This document shows positions 43,914 to 53,473 of a stretch of DNA of 64,000 bases, one piece after another (position 1 is the stretch's first letter; the number at the start of each line of letters is the position of its first letter). The translations under genes were made by a program, and so were the position numbers. This stretch comes from Escherichia phage fDHCT2. The notes beneath the pieces were generated by a model. It was given only the letters and a program-made list of their open reading frames with translations. It was not told the origin of the DNA and searched no databases. The stretch lies in sequence record OR427838.1; one strand, 5' to 3'.

Positions 43914-44753
43914 TTAATCCTTAAGAAGATTTAGGATATCGATATATTTCTGACGTTCGGCCTTAGCTTTAGCATTCAGACCAGAGAGTCGGAAAATCTC
44001 ATCATCTTGTTGCTGAATTGTAACATTCAAGCAAGTAAGCAAATTGCTAAAATACTCGATTTGAGCTTGATGTTTCTCATTGCTGCGCACTGGTACAGGT
44101 TCTGGTTTAGGAGCTTCTGGGTGCTCTTCAGCCAGGTCTTTAATTTTATAAAGTTTAATACGCTGACCTGCTCCAGTTTCGGCATCACCAAAACTAAGAA
44201 CACCGCGGCATTCCAGTACAGACAACGCCAAACGAAGATGGAATTTCCAGTTTTCGTATTGACATCCACTAAAAGAAGAAATACTGTATTCACCTTCATT
44301 TTGACCTTTAATAACATTAAATAGTTTATAATCTAAAGAATTATTGGTTTTAAATGTCATTTGTTTATCAAGACCTTTTGCAAGTCGAGCACCAAGAGCC
44401 AGTAGACGTCGTTGGTTGGCATGAAGGTCTTGAACAACTTCGTCAAATGACATCACCGGGATTAAACGACCATAAAGGTCGTAGCCTTTGTTATAATTTT
44501 TAAGAATAATTTTGGCATTAGCACGAGACAACATACCCGTTTTACGAAGAGTTTTCATGACTCGGTCTTCTAACGTAAACGAACCTTTAGTCTTGTCAAA
44601 GATTTTAGTGAAGTCATCTTTAACAGTACAAACGTTGAACTTGTCCCACATCATATATAGAACCTTTTCAACTACTTCTTTAGAACTCGGAATACGACCA
44701 AATTTAACAACTTTTTTAACTTCAGAACGAATTTGATTAATTGCCTGTGACAT
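43914..44753 (-). CDS. hypothetical protein
   Basis: 279-aa ORF; RBS GAGGAAA. Confidence 0.55.
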   Translation of the reverse strand: MSQAINQIRSEVKKVVKFGRIPSSKEVVEKVLYMMWDKFNVCTVKDDFTKIFDKTKGSFTLEDRVMKTLRKTGMLSRANAKIILKNYNKGYDLYGRLIPVMSFDEVVQDLHANQRRLLALGARLAKGLDKQMTFKTNNSLDYKLFNVIKGQNEGEYSISSFSGCQYENWKFHLRLALSVLECRGVLSFGDAETGAGQRIKLYKIKDLAEEHPEAPKPEPVPVRSNEKHQAQIEYFSNLLTCLNVTIQQQDDEIFRLSGLNAKAKAERQKYIDILNLLKD

Positions 44754-44790
44754 AATAATTTCCTCAGTAAGTAATTAAGAACCTAGAACC

Positions 44791-44812
44791 ATTATACCAT
44801 CCTTGGTATAAA
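44791..44812 (-). promoter_or_regulatory. possible promoter: -10 inside TTATACCA/TGGTATAA repeat
   Basis: minus GGTATAATGG; no GTTTAC -35. Confidence 0.3.
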
Positions 44813-44816
44813 GCGT

Positions 44817-45341
44817 TTATGCGAGAACCGTCTTTAAACGCTCTTCAAATTTCTGAAGCAGAGCTTGGCGTTCAGCTCGTTGTGATTTGTACTGCTCGAT
44901 ACGACCTGAAGTGAGGGCGTACTGTTCGTTTACTGATTCCCGCATGAATTCAGGAATCTCTTTACAAGCTTTGATTTCGTCAAACTTATCAATAACAGCT
45001 TGTTGTTCAGCAATCAGATTATCGAAATAAGCGATATCAGATTTAACGTTTGCCAGGTCGGATTCAGTAGGCATTAAACGTTTGTTACGTTCAGCTTGAT
45101 AAGCTTGATTGTTTTCACGACTCCAGTGAAGAGTACGTTTTTTGTTAGTGTTTTTATAGAGCTCTACAATACCAACTGAATCGATGACTGCAATCCAGTT
45201 CCAATGGCTTTTGTAAATCTCTCCTCCAGATACGGTAATCTCATTACCACAAGCAACATCGTTAAAGAACTTGCTTTGTTTTTCAGATTTGAAATTACCG
45301 TTGTTGAAATTAATCAGTGAAAAAATATCTTTAGCGTTCAT
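44817..45341 (-). CDS. hypothetical protein
   Basis: 174-aa ORF. Confidence 0.55.
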   Translation of the reverse strand: MNAKDIFSLINFNNGNFKSEKQSKFFNDVACGNEITVSGGEIYKSHWNWIAVIDSVGIVELYKNTNKKRTLHWSRENNQAYQAERNKRLMPTESDLANVKSDIAYFDNLIAEQQAVIDKFDEIKACKEIPEFMRESVNEQYALTSGRIEQYKSQRAERQALLQKFEERLKTVLA

Positions 45342-45367
45342 GATAACCTCCAGTAGTTGATAGGTCT

Positions 45368-45396
45368 ATAGTATCATTTCTACTGGAGATGTAAAC
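45368..45396 (-). promoter_or_regulatory. T4-type early promoter
   Basis: minus GTTTAC (45391-45396), 17 nt, TGATACTAT, AGACCTATCAAC; flanked by CCTCCAGTAG/CTACTGGAG repeat. Confidence 0.65.
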
Positions 45397-45398
45397 AA

Positions 45399-45740
45399 CT
45401 AATAAAAACTTTTTTCACCTGCTTGCCCACTAAACCATGCGGATTGAGTGTTCTCTTTCCGTTGGTGTTTAATACGAATAAGGTATTCGTTCCTGATGGC
45501 GCAGAGTTCATCTCTGAAGTCGACTGCCAACTTAACCTGCTTACGGTCTAGATTTATTAAGGCCTGGGTCTTCGCGGCCAAGGCCAGTCTCTTGTAGTCT
45601 CCTTCTTCACAATCGGTTTTGTAAACCTTCTCGGCGAATTGGTGTTTAAATTCATTATCATAGTCTTCAATAGACTGTTTCATGGCATTAGAGTATTTCA
45701 ACTCTGCTTTTATAAGGTCATAACTAAATTGTTCGAACAT
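45399..45740 (-). CDS. hypothetical protein
   Basis: 113-aa ORF. Confidence 0.5.
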   Translation of the reverse strand: MFEQFSYDLIKAELKYSNAMKQSIEDYDNEFKHQFAEKVYKTDCEEGDYKRLALAAKTQALINLDRKQVKLAVDFRDELCAIRNEYLIRIKHQRKENTQSAWFSGQAGEKSFY

Positions 45741-45750
45741 AATTTCACCT

Positions 45751-46731
45751 TTATTTCAGAAGTGTAACTTCAGCGATTTCGCTCCAGTCATTTTTATCGG
45801 TGGCAATGAAGTCCGCCAGATAAAGAGCCGTACGTAATGATACGTTACGAAGACGAGATACATTGGCCTTCATCCATGCTAGAGCTTGATAAGTCTCAGC
45901 ATCAGTCAGACCTCGGTTTTGCATCATATCAGTGGACAGGATAACGTCTTCAACACGAACCATAATCTCTTCATTCGAGTGAACTCCGAGGTCTAAGTAA
46001 ACTGAACGAGATACTAAAGCCTGGAGGTGTGGAGCAAGTTTAGTGCCACGTTCTAATTCACGGTCAATATCAACGTTGGTGATGAACACGATGGTGCCTT
46101 CATATTCGAATTCTTTATCGATATTTTTATCATCGAGGTAAGAACTTGAAGTGCTCCAGCACACCTTACGTTTTTCACCGGTATCCAATGCCGCTTTTAA
46201 CAGGTTCAGGATATCCATATCAGAGAATACATCGACATCATCGATAAGAAGAACACTATTAGGGCCGCGGTTATTCCAAAGCTGCTCGTAAAGACCGATT
46301 CCACTAATCTTTCCGTTGATTGATTTATATTCGATAGTTTCATTTTCGTGGGCATTCTGTAATGCTTTATCCAAAGAATACGTTTTACCAATACCTGCGG
46401 CACCAGAGATGATAAGGGAACGAATTTTACCATCGATGATTCCGTTAGTCATCATGTTCATTACTTTAAAACGTTTGTTGATGCGGTGTTTCATTTCTTC
46501 AGCGGATTCAGTAACCACTACAGGAGCTTCAGCACCTTCCATTTCAACATCACATTTGAACACCCATATACCACGTTCAACACCATCAATCTGTACGAAT
46601 ACCTTACCATCACCGAGGTGAGCTTCGGATTCATGAATTTTGTTAGGGAACCAGGTTTTACCTGAACTCATGAACGTACCAGAGATTTCATTACCGCGAT
46701 AGATACCTTTGTTGATTTTGATAGTTAACAT
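45751..46731 (-). CDS. P-loop ATPase
   Basis: start ATG 46731 (RBS GGAG); Walker A SGAAGIGKTY, Walker B LLIDDVD. Confidence 0.6.
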   Translation of the reverse strand: MLTIKINKGIYRGNEISGTFMSSGKTWFPNKIHESEAHLGDGKVFVQIDGVERGIWVFKCDVEMEGAEAPVVVTESAEEMKHRINKRFKVMNMMTNGIIDGKIRSLIISGAAGIGKTYSLDKALQNAHENETIEYKSINGKISGIGLYEQLWNNRGPNSVLLIDDVDVFSDMDILNLLKAALDTGEKRKVCWSTSSSYLDDKNIDKEFEYEGTIVFITNVDIDRELERGTKLAPHLQALVSRSVYLDLGVHSNEEIMVRVEDVILSTDMMQNRGLTDAETYQALAWMKANVSRLRNVSLRTALYLADFIATDKNDWSEIAEVTLLK

Positions 46732-46768
46732 TATATTCTCCGTTTCACTCAGTAGATTTGATAGGTCC

Positions 46769-46797
46769 ATAATAACATGCTCTACGAGGTTGTAAAC
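46769..46797 (-). promoter_or_regulatory. T4-type early promoter
   Basis: minus GTTTAC (46792-46797), 17 nt, TATTAT, GGACCTATCAAA. Confidence 0.65.
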
Positions 46798-46812
46798 ACT
46801 TTTTTGCACTAA

Positions 46813-46840
46813 ACCCAAAAAAGGACCCCGAAGGGTCCTA
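46813..46840 (-). terminator. intrinsic terminator
   Basis: minus AGGACCC-TTCG-GGGTCCTTTTTTGGG. Confidence 0.65.
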
Positions 46841-47062
46841 AATTGCGCTCCAATAATTATGGAAGCGGATATTATTGATAGCCCAGTTAATACAACGTCT
46901 TATCTGCTTAGTCGTAGGCTTGCATACGTACTTGAAATTGATTCTTCTACCGGTTTCTCTACAAACTACTTCAAGATACCAACGACAGGTTTTATGAGGT
47001 CTTCCATATGACAGGAAAACCTTGATTTCTTCTTTAACGGTAATAAGAGTTGTGGTTGTCAA
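46838..47062 (-). CDS. hypothetical small protein
   Basis: 74-aa ORF. Confidence 0.45.
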   Translation of the reverse strand: MTTTTLITVKEEIKVFLSYGRPHKTCRWYLEVVCRETGRRINFKYVCKPTTKQIRRCINWAINNIRFHNYWSAI

Positions 47063-48074
47063 GATACACCTCTTCGACGAACTTGTCCCAGAACTTCATG
47101 TCCACCTTCGCAGGCATACCGTTCTTAGCAGCCCAGATGGCATTAGTTTCGACTTCATCAACTATAGCTTCAAGTTCAGCCTGCACATCTTTAAAAGCAT
47201 GTAACCCCTGTTTGATTTCAAGGATAAATGGCGCAGTACGTAAAGGGTATTGAAGGTCACCAGTTTGATAGATTTCCTTCAACTGGTATCCGGCCCTATA
47301 AGCATGACTCAGAGCTTTCCAGTCAATACCTTCATTGGCTTCTGCCTTACGAGCACGTTCACCATATTCGGCGTCAAGCTTATTCAGAGATTGCTTGAGC
47401 TCGATTAATGACAAAGTAGTCTGATATTTACGTCCGAGAACAGTATAGAACGTTTGTGGGCCTGTTTTCTCATGGTTATGGAATACCCATTCACAGAATT
47501 CGTTTTCAGGGAGTCGATGTTTGATATCTTCTACCTTAGTGCGACGTTGTTTAGTGGAACCATCTTCTTGATAATCGACCCACTGTTCAGGAATCTGGTT
47601 AACAATTGCCAGTACACCACGTAAAGCGGCCAGACGAGAACCTTTAACACCATATTTAGAAGCTTGCTTACGGACGTACCCTAAATAGGCTTTCATGTTG
47701 GTTGTATAGAAACGCGAACGGTTGTCTTGGATAAATTTCCATACGTCAGGTAAATCAGATTTAACCACCATTTCAGGTGGGGTGTGGAGCATATCCAGAG
47801 CAACGGTTTCGCCATCAGCAGCCAGTTTAAAGAAATATTTCAGGCTATAAAGCTCATGGTCAACATCATCTTTAGTGTTTTTGGAAGCAGTGTTATTCGT
47901 GTTCAGGTTGGTATGGTTCATAGCCGTACCTAACAGAATATCACGCGGATGTGGAACAAAGATTTCTTTAAAATCGATATCAGATTCCGGAGTACTTGTT
48001 CCATAAAGGTGGCTACCGAAGTAGCCTTTCATAACTGTTCTCATTCTTTGTTCTCGAAGTGGATTACAGGACAC
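47034..48074 (-). CDS. nucleotidyltransferase-fold protein
   Basis: 346 aa; GSHLYGTSTPESDIDF (G-S...D-x-D NTase signature); start uncertain. Confidence 0.6.
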   Translation of the reverse strand: MSCNPLREQRMRTVMKGYFGSHLYGTSTPESDIDFKEIFVPHPRDILLGTAMNHTNLNTNNTASKNTKDDVDHELYSLKYFFKLAADGETVALDMLHTPPEMVVKSDLPDVWKFIQDNRSRFYTTNMKAYLGYVRKQASKYGVKGSRLAALRGVLAIVNQIPEQWVDYQEDGSTKQRRTKVEDIKHRLPENEFCEWVFHNHEKTGPQTFYTVLGRKYQTTLSLIELKQSLNKLDAEYGERARKAEANEGIDWKALSHAYRAGYQLKEIYQTGDLQYPLRTAPFILEIKQGLHAFKDVQAELEAIVDEVETNAIWAAKNGMPAKVDMKFWDKFVEEVYLDNHNSYYR

Positions 48075-48493
48075 ATCTTAGATTTACGAGCTTTAATGTA
48101 TTGAATAACGATATTTTCTTTAGTTTCTCGGCCTTCACGCTCAGCTTGAATACGTTGCCATTCCTTTTCTTCTCTACGGGCATCATACCATGCGTGTAAA
48201 TTCATCGCACCAAATGCCAAACCAATGGATAGCGCAATAATAAGAGCTATTGCAATCAACCCTAAAACAAACCCTAGACTCAACAGAACAGGAGTACTTA
48301 ATACAAAGAAATGCTCTAATACACCAGCTCCTGCAACAGTTAATCCAAAAAGCGTACTACCTGCAACAACAGCACAAGCAAAACAAGCCCAAATCATTTT
48401 CCAGAAATATGCACATAAAGAGTGTGGTCGAGAATGGCTGTCATAAAAATGGTCGTGTAATTTAACGTGCCAAGAGTTTGAATTGATAATCAT
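48041..48493 (-). CDS. membrane protein
   Basis: 150 aa, multiple hydrophobic segments. Confidence 0.5.
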   Translation of the reverse strand: MIINSNSWHVKLHDHFYDSHSRPHSLCAYFWKMIWACFACAVVAGSTLFGLTVAGAGVLEHFFVLSTPVLLSLGFVLGLIAIALIIALSIGLAFGAMNLHAWYDARREEKEWQRIQAEREGRETKENIVIQYIKARKSKMCPVIHFENKE

Positions 48494-48503
48494 AATATTT
48501 TCC

Positions 48504-49064
48504 TTAAGAGTTCATAGTTGGGATAACAGAGTTCAGATAAGAGACTAAAACTTTTAGCTCGTCTTTAGTAAATACAACTTCACTTTCACCGTCATGTCTT
48601 TGGACAATGGACAACAAATCACGACCCTGATGTTGATACACGGATAATTCGGTATCATAATCCAGTTCTTCTTCATCACCTTCAAATGTTTCACTAGAAC
48701 GAATTACAGCATCTTGTCCAGGGACTTTCCATTCAACTTCTGGCTTGCATTCTTCCTGGAAGAGTTTGAAAATACATTTAAAGAAATTACTAGAATCGCT
48801 AATGCTTAGGCATTCCGTATCAGTTTCGATATTAAACCCGTTGTCATGGTTATAAATCTGGGCCCACATATCATCATTAATATCAAATACACCTCTAAAA
48901 CTACCATTAAGATATTCGTGTTTGTCCAAAACCTTTAAATCGTAAAGTGGTTTGATATCTTGGATAGTCAGTACGATTTTATCGTCTTCTTGTGAAAGCA
49001 CAATTGCATTATCAACTACTTCAGCGGTCAGGTCACCAAACAGCCCAGATGTTTCAATAATCAT
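48504..49064 (-). CDS. hypothetical acidic protein
   Basis: 186-aa ORF. Confidence 0.55.
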   Translation of the reverse strand: MIIETSGLFGDLTAEVVDNAIVLSQEDDKIVLTIQDIKPLYDLKVLDKHEYLNGSFRGVFDINDDMWAQIYNHDNGFNIETDTECLSISDSSNFFKCIFKLFQEECKPEVEWKVPGQDAVIRSSETFEGDEEELDYDTELSVYQHQGRDLLSIVQRHDGESEVVFTKDELKVLVSYLNSVIPTMNS

Positions 49065-49074
49065 TTTCCGTTCC

Positions 49075-49257
49075 TCATTTCACATTTTGTTTAATAAAAT
49101 TTAACAACTCTTTAAGAGCTTCATCTTCTTCTTTAGAAAGCCTGCTGCATTCACTAGCTGGGTAATCATTGCAAAACGCAGTTTCAAATCTAGCAACTGT
49201 ACCTGCATAGGCCTCGATAAGCTCTTCAAGCTTTAAATGTTTTTCTTCGGTTTTCAT
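49075..49257 (-). CDS. hypothetical small protein
   Basis: 60-aa ORF. Confidence 0.45.
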   Translation of the reverse strand: MKTEEKHLKLEELIEAYAGTVARFETAFCNDYPASECSRLSKEEDEALKELLNFIKQNVK

Positions 49258-49260
49258 AAA

Positions 49261-49458
49261 TCACCGGTTATGTTTTAAAATACTATAAAGCTCTTCGACC
49301 TGGCTCGCATTCAGACAAATCATATCATTTTCTTGTTGGAGCGTAATTCCACCTTTTTCTTCCCAATCTTTAACAAAGATGTCATCGTCAGATTCTTCAA
49401 CATCTGCCAAGAGGACAATAATACCGTCTTCAGAATTACCACTTGGGTCGTATAACAT
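49261..49458 (-). CDS. hypothetical small protein
   Basis: track ORF trimmed to ATG 49458 (RBS GAGGAAA). Confidence 0.45.
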   Translation of the reverse strand: MLYDPSGNSEDGIIVLLADVEESDDDIFVKDWEEKGGITLQQENDMICLNASQVEELYSILKHNR

Positions 49459-49577
49459 TACAGTTTCCTCGCTAACCATGAAAAGAATAAACCAATTAAA
49501 ACAGGCCCTATAAGCATTGTTAACCAAGCCCAGGGTTCTAAGTAATAAATCATCTCATACTCCTGTGCCATCAGCCA

Positions 49578-49760
49578 TTATGCTTTCAACTCATTAAGAT
49601 ACTCAACCAATGCAGCTTTAGAATTAGCCAAATCTCGTTTACACTGCTCTATTCCGGAATATGAATAGCCTTCACAATATTCAACGGCCAGGTCATTGGA
49701 TGCGTTTTCAATGTGCTGGGCGAGTTTAAGGATTTGTTCAATCTGTTCAGTAGTTAACAT
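49578..49760 (-). CDS. hypothetical small protein
   Basis: 60-aa ORF. Confidence 0.45.
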   Translation of the reverse strand: MLTTEQIEQILKLAQHIENASNDLAVEYCEGYSYSGIEQCKRDLANSKAALVEYLNELKA

Positions 49761-49764
49761 AATA

Positions 49765-50001
49765 TCACCAGTATTTGTTGATAGTAGAAATTAATTCTTG
49801 GGCTTGGGTGGTTTTCAGTTTACATCCACAACCCTTTAATGTGTCTTTAAGGAGCCACGGTTCCTTGAGCTCGCCCTTTTCTAGACGAATTCTGTATCCT
49901 CGATAATCAGCGAAGATACTTCGGTCGTCGAATATCTTAATCTCAAGGATACGACCGTTGATTTCATATTCTAATGAAACCGTAGTACTTGTAAGTTTCA
50001 C
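49765..50001 (-). CDS. hypothetical small protein (GTG start)
   Basis: 78 aa; GTG 5 nt after GAGGAG; early promoter upstream. Confidence 0.45.
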   Translation of the reverse strand: MKLTSTTVSLEYEINGRILEIKIFDDRSIFADYRGYRIRLEKGELKEPWLLKDTLKGCGCKLKTTQAQELISTINKYW

Positions 50002-50029
50002 ACCGTTCTCCTCATTAGTTGATAGGTCT

Positions 50030-50058
50030 ATAGTATCACGTTCCTAGAGGATGTAAAT
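50030..50058 (-). promoter_or_regulatory. T4-type early promoter
   Basis: minus ATTTAC (50053-50058), 17 nt, TGATACTAT, AGACCTATCAAC. Confidence 0.6.
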
Positions 50059-50065
50059 ACCTAAA

Positions 50066-50096
50066 CGAAAAAAGGTCCCACCGAAGTGAGACCTTT
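50066..50096 (-). terminator. intrinsic terminator
   Basis: minus GGTCTCAC-TTCG-GTGGGACC (one G-U pair) then TTTTTTCG. Confidence 0.7.
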
Positions 50097-50098
50097 GA

Positions 50099-50482
50099 TT
50101 ATTCTAACGTTAACAAATATTTAGTCTGGTAAAAGACCCCAGTGATATCGTCCAAAGTCGACTGGATGGCCTTAGGAAGGGTAACATAGATTTTATCAGA
50201 TGCTTTAAGAAGCTCGTCAAGGAAATCTACAGGGTCCTTAGGCAAGTCTGAAGCAGACGGTAATGATGCTTTATATTCTTTGCCACTGAATCCAAGATAT
50301 TGCTCACTAAATTGGTCCAGCGGTCCTTGAACTTCTACATAATAGAAGTCATACGCTTTGTGTCTTGCATAGCTTTTGGTTTCTAAATGGGCTGACTTAA
50401 AATAGGCTAAAGAAACCAGTAGCCAACCAATATAAGAATCCACTTCAGACCCTCGACCGGGTACGAAATCATTGAACTTCAT
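50099..50482 (-). CDS. hypothetical protein
   Basis: 127-aa ORF. Confidence 0.5.
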   Translation of the reverse strand: MKFNDFVPGRGSEVDSYIGWLLVSLAYFKSAHLETKSYARHKAYDFYYVEVQGPLDQFSEQYLGFSGKEYKASLPSASDLPKDPVDFLDELLKASDKIYVTLPKAIQSTLDDITGVFYQTKYLLTLE

Positions 50483-50762
50483 CTTCCACCTTCATTAGTT
50501 TTGCATAACGCTCTCCGATGGCACGACCCTCAATTGAGCACGCTTCTATAGTCCGACAACTTGATATCTTCCAAGAAGCCGTAACATAGGCCCAATAGTC
50601 TTCGGAGGCCTTTATGCTAGGTCTACTCATTTGCGCATAAACAGGCATCGCACTACTAGCAAATGCATCCATCAATTTATCGTGAGTATTATTTGCTAGT
50701 GAAACTGTAGGGCTTAAACATCCTGCCATAAGGATACAAGCCGCTGTACGGAAAATATCCAT
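50469..50762 (-). CDS. putative lipoprotein
   Basis: 97 aa; ...ILMAGC lipobox-like. Confidence 0.5.
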   Translation of the reverse strand: MDIFRTAACILMAGCLSPTVSLANNTHDKLMDAFASSAMPVYAQMSRPSIKASEDYWAYVTASWKISSCRTIEACSIEGRAIGERYAKLMKVEDEVQ

Positions 50763-50854
50763 ACAAAAGTCCTTTGTTGTTTTATACTATTTGCCTTTCG
50801 GCCTTAACCGATAGCGATTACCAAAAGCTAAAGCTCTACGGTTAGTATTATTAT

Positions 50855-51133
50855 TTATAGCTTTTTAAGCTTACGACAATAAGAATAGAACACGTCGTTA
50901 AAATTATGCTCAACCCAATTCCTCTGTATAGGCGAGGTAATGGAAAGCATATAATGGGCTTTAATTAAATCCATCCCATTTTTATTAGGACATTCTTTAT
51001 TATTAGCATTATACGTCGCCGCTACAACCTCTATCTCTCTTTTGTAAGCCACATCATCCATGATAGGCGAAAGAACAATATAAGAAATAGCCACAGCGAA
51101 CGCTAGAATTAAAATCTTTGAATTTAGGTCCAT
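50855..51133 (-). CDS. small membrane protein
   Basis: 92 aa, N-terminal TM. Confidence 0.5.
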   Translation of the reverse strand: MDLNSKILILAFAVAISYIVLSPIMDDVAYKREIEVVAATYNANNKECPNKNGMDLIKAHYMLSITSPIQRNWVEHNFNDVFYSYCRKLKKL

Positions 51134-51140
51134 AGTACCC

Positions 51141-51713
51141 TCAACTCGTTATTTCTATCCAGTGCTTCCTGCACAATGACACGTAAGAATCGTTGCCACC
51201 TATAGAAACTTGGGCTCCGTCCTTAATTGCGACACCATCTTGGACCCTAGCAGTCATAGTAGCTTTACGGCCGCAATGGCACACACCTTTGTACTCAACG
51301 AGTTTATCTGCCGTAGCGAGTAATTCAGCAGAACCAGGAAACAGTTTACCCTGAAAATCAGTTCTTAGCCCATAGCACATAACTGGAACATTATAATTGT
51401 CTACTATCTTTGCCAGTTGTTTTATCTGTGCAGGTTCTAAGAACTGCGCTTCATCCACAAATACACAGTGGATATCTTTTTGAGATTCAGCCCAACGATA
51501 GAACTCGTATAGGTCCATATCCGGAGTCACTGCATTAGCCTCTTGACTAATCCCTATACGAGACGAAATGGTATGGCTTGATTCTCTATTGTCTATCGCA
51601 GGCTTTAAAAGGAGCACGCCCATACCACGTTCTTTGTAGTTATGAGCTGCCGTTAGCAATGAAGCGGTCTTACCTGAGTTCATTGCCGCATAGTGAAACA
51701 TCAAACTTGCCAT
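51141..51713 (-). CDS. tk: thymidine kinase
   Basis: 190 aa; MASLMFHYAAMNSGKTASLL... near-identical to remembered T4 Tk. Confidence 0.95.
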   Translation of the reverse strand: MASLMFHYAAMNSGKTASLLTAAHNYKERGMGVLLLKPAIDNRESSHTISSRIGISQEANAVTPDMDLYEFYRWAESQKDIHCVFVDEAQFLEPAQIKQLAKIVDNYNVPVMCYGLRTDFQGKLFPGSAELLATADKLVEYKGVCHCGRKATMTARVQDGVAIKDGAQVSIGGNDSYVSLCRKHWIEITS

Positions 51714-51722
51714 ATCACCTTC

Positions 51723-51929
51723 TTAAAGCGTATTCACATAAGCAATTAATTCGTTTTCTTTCTCATCAAATCTATTAGCAAATTCTTCCAGATGTTCGGC
51801 ATCTATCGGGCCATATTCATCGTAAAAAGCGTTTGCTTCTGTATGCTCATCCAAAAGCTCATGGATAAGCTCAAACAATTTATCTTTCTGTTCTTTACTC
51901 AGACTCATAACCATTGCACCTTTAAGCAA
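51723..51929 (-). CDS. hypothetical small protein
   Basis: 68-aa ORF. Confidence 0.45.
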   Translation of the reverse strand: MLKGAMVMSLSKEQKDKLFELIHELLDEHTEANAFYDEYGPIDAEHLEEFANRFDEKENELIAYVNTL

Positions 51930-52117
51930 TATTCTTCTACATGCTGTTTACGTTTATTTTTATCTATAAAAGTATATTCAACATATTCACCGATATACCA
52001 TTTATCAGTGTTGTGTTGACTTTTTATAGGGCATTTAGTTACTCGGGTTTCGGTCCAGCGCCGAATAATTTCAGCTTTATTTTTAGGGTCAAATGGATGC
52101 GGGTAATGTGCTTTCAT
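51905..52117 (-). CDS. hypothetical small protein
   Basis: 70-aa ORF. Confidence 0.45.
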   Translation of the reverse strand: MKAHYPHPFDPKNKAEIIRRWTETRVTKCPIKSQHNTDKWYIGEYVEYTFIDKNKRKQHVEEYCLKVQWL

Positions 52118-52568
52118 AATCCACCACTATTAAATCAATATCAGGAGTAAACATGTCGATTAATTTAGAAACCTTGTCCCAATCGCCGCCAGCAATACCA
52201 CAACCTATGCGCGGAATATAAATTCTTGGTTTAAACAAAAGGGTTTCTGCTTGTAGATTTAATTCTATCATACAGTTTACTAAAGCACCGTAATCAAGAT
52301 TAGGGCCTGGTTCGTATTGTGTGTATAAATTATAGCACATTGCAAATCCATTAGGCTTATGTTTAAAAGCAATAGACATATCACCCAATTTATCTCGAGA
52401 GCCGTATTCGGTAGTAGTCTTATCAATTTCTAAAATTTTAGGATAAGCCTTAGCCAATTGTCCAGCTACACCTGAACCCATAGTGTGAAAACAATTACAC
52501 CCATGTGCAATAATATTACCTTGGAGAAACAGGGCGACGATATCGCCCTTAATATAATCAATAATCAT
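52089..52568 (-). CDS. macro-domain (ADP-ribose binding/processing) protein
   Basis: 159 aa; ...NIIAHGCNCFHTMGSGVAGQLAKAYP... typical macro signature. Confidence 0.7.
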   Translation of the reverse strand: MIIDYIKGDIVALFLQGNIIAHGCNCFHTMGSGVAGQLAKAYPKILEIDKTTTEYGSRDKLGDMSIAFKHKPNGFAMCYNLYTQYEPGPNLDYGALVNCMIELNLQAETLLFKPRIYIPRIGCGIAGGDWDKVSKLIDMFTPDIDLIVVDYESTLPASI

Positions 52569-52921
52569 TTAGAGTTTAGCCCTCGATTGTAAGAGTCAAC
52601 GAGTCTGTCTACCATAGACGCGCACATTTCTTTGTACTTTTTATCAGACGGAACACATTCAGTAACGTTTAGACGTTGCTCGTATCTTTTAGAAAGAGTT
52701 TTCTCTTTCATTCGGCGATGCTCGACGTCGTTCTGTCCATCTTTAAAAGCAGCTGTTATTTTTGAACTGAATTCAATAATACATTCAGTATTACTAGGAT
52801 GACAATAATCTTTTGCTGTACGGGTAGCATACTCGACAATTGAATTATTGCTATCATCAACTTGTGACGCTAATACTCCCGGAGCGATCAACATAAGCGC
52901 TATAGTCATCTGTTTAATCAT
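52565..52921 (-). CDS. secreted hypothetical protein
   Basis: 118 aa; signal peptide. Confidence 0.5.
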   Translation of the reverse strand: MIKQMTIALMLIAPGVLASQVDDSNNSIVEYATRTAKDYCHPSNTECIIEFSSKITAAFKDGQNDVEHRRMKEKTLSKRYEQRLNVTECVPSDKKYKEMCASMVDRLVDSYNRGLNSK

Positions 52922-53461
52922 TTAATATACCGCCTCAAACATCTTTTTAGATTTTAGGTAATTGGCCTTTTCTAGAACTTCAGAAGCATATTTACTGCCT
53001 GCTTTGACGTCCCAGCCCGCATTATAAGAAGCAATCGCTTTTCTCAGGTCACCTTTGTGAACACCAATCCAATAAGACAGTTCAATGTAGGCCCAAGAGG
53101 CACTGTTCTGTCGTTTTTGGACCATACGGATTATTTCTTTATCAGACATCTTCCAACCTACCTGTTGAACACGACTTCTTAACGTAGGCAAGTAATTTTG
53201 GAACATGCCATAAGCATGGTGCTTATCTTTATTTAAACCCTGATTAATTCCGGCGGATGATTCCTGCCATAGTAATCCGGCCATGATATATCCTAATCCT
53301 TTTTGATTAGGGTTTTCTTTGAACTTTCCCGACTTTTGGTATTGTTCACCGAAAGCATACGCATAATGTAAATTATCGAGTTGTTCATTACTGAAAGTAG
53401 GCTCTACGCTATGGGCAGACATACTAACTGTCAATAGTAAAGTGGCTAATACTTTTTTCAT
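52922..53461 (-). CDS. lytic-transglycosylase-domain protein with signal peptide
   Basis: 179 aa; WQESSAG, GMFQ and ASYNAGW motifs. Confidence 0.65.
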   Translation of the reverse strand: MKKVLATLLLTVSMSAHSVEPTFSNEQLDNLHYAYAFGEQYQKSGKFKENPNQKGLGYIMAGLLWQESSAGINQGLNKDKHHAYGMFQNYLPTLRSRVQQVGWKMSDKEIIRMVQKRQNSASWAYIELSYWIGVHKGDLRKAIASYNAGWDVKAGSKYASEVLEKANYLKSKKMFEAVY

Positions 53462-53473
53462 GAGACCTCATTA

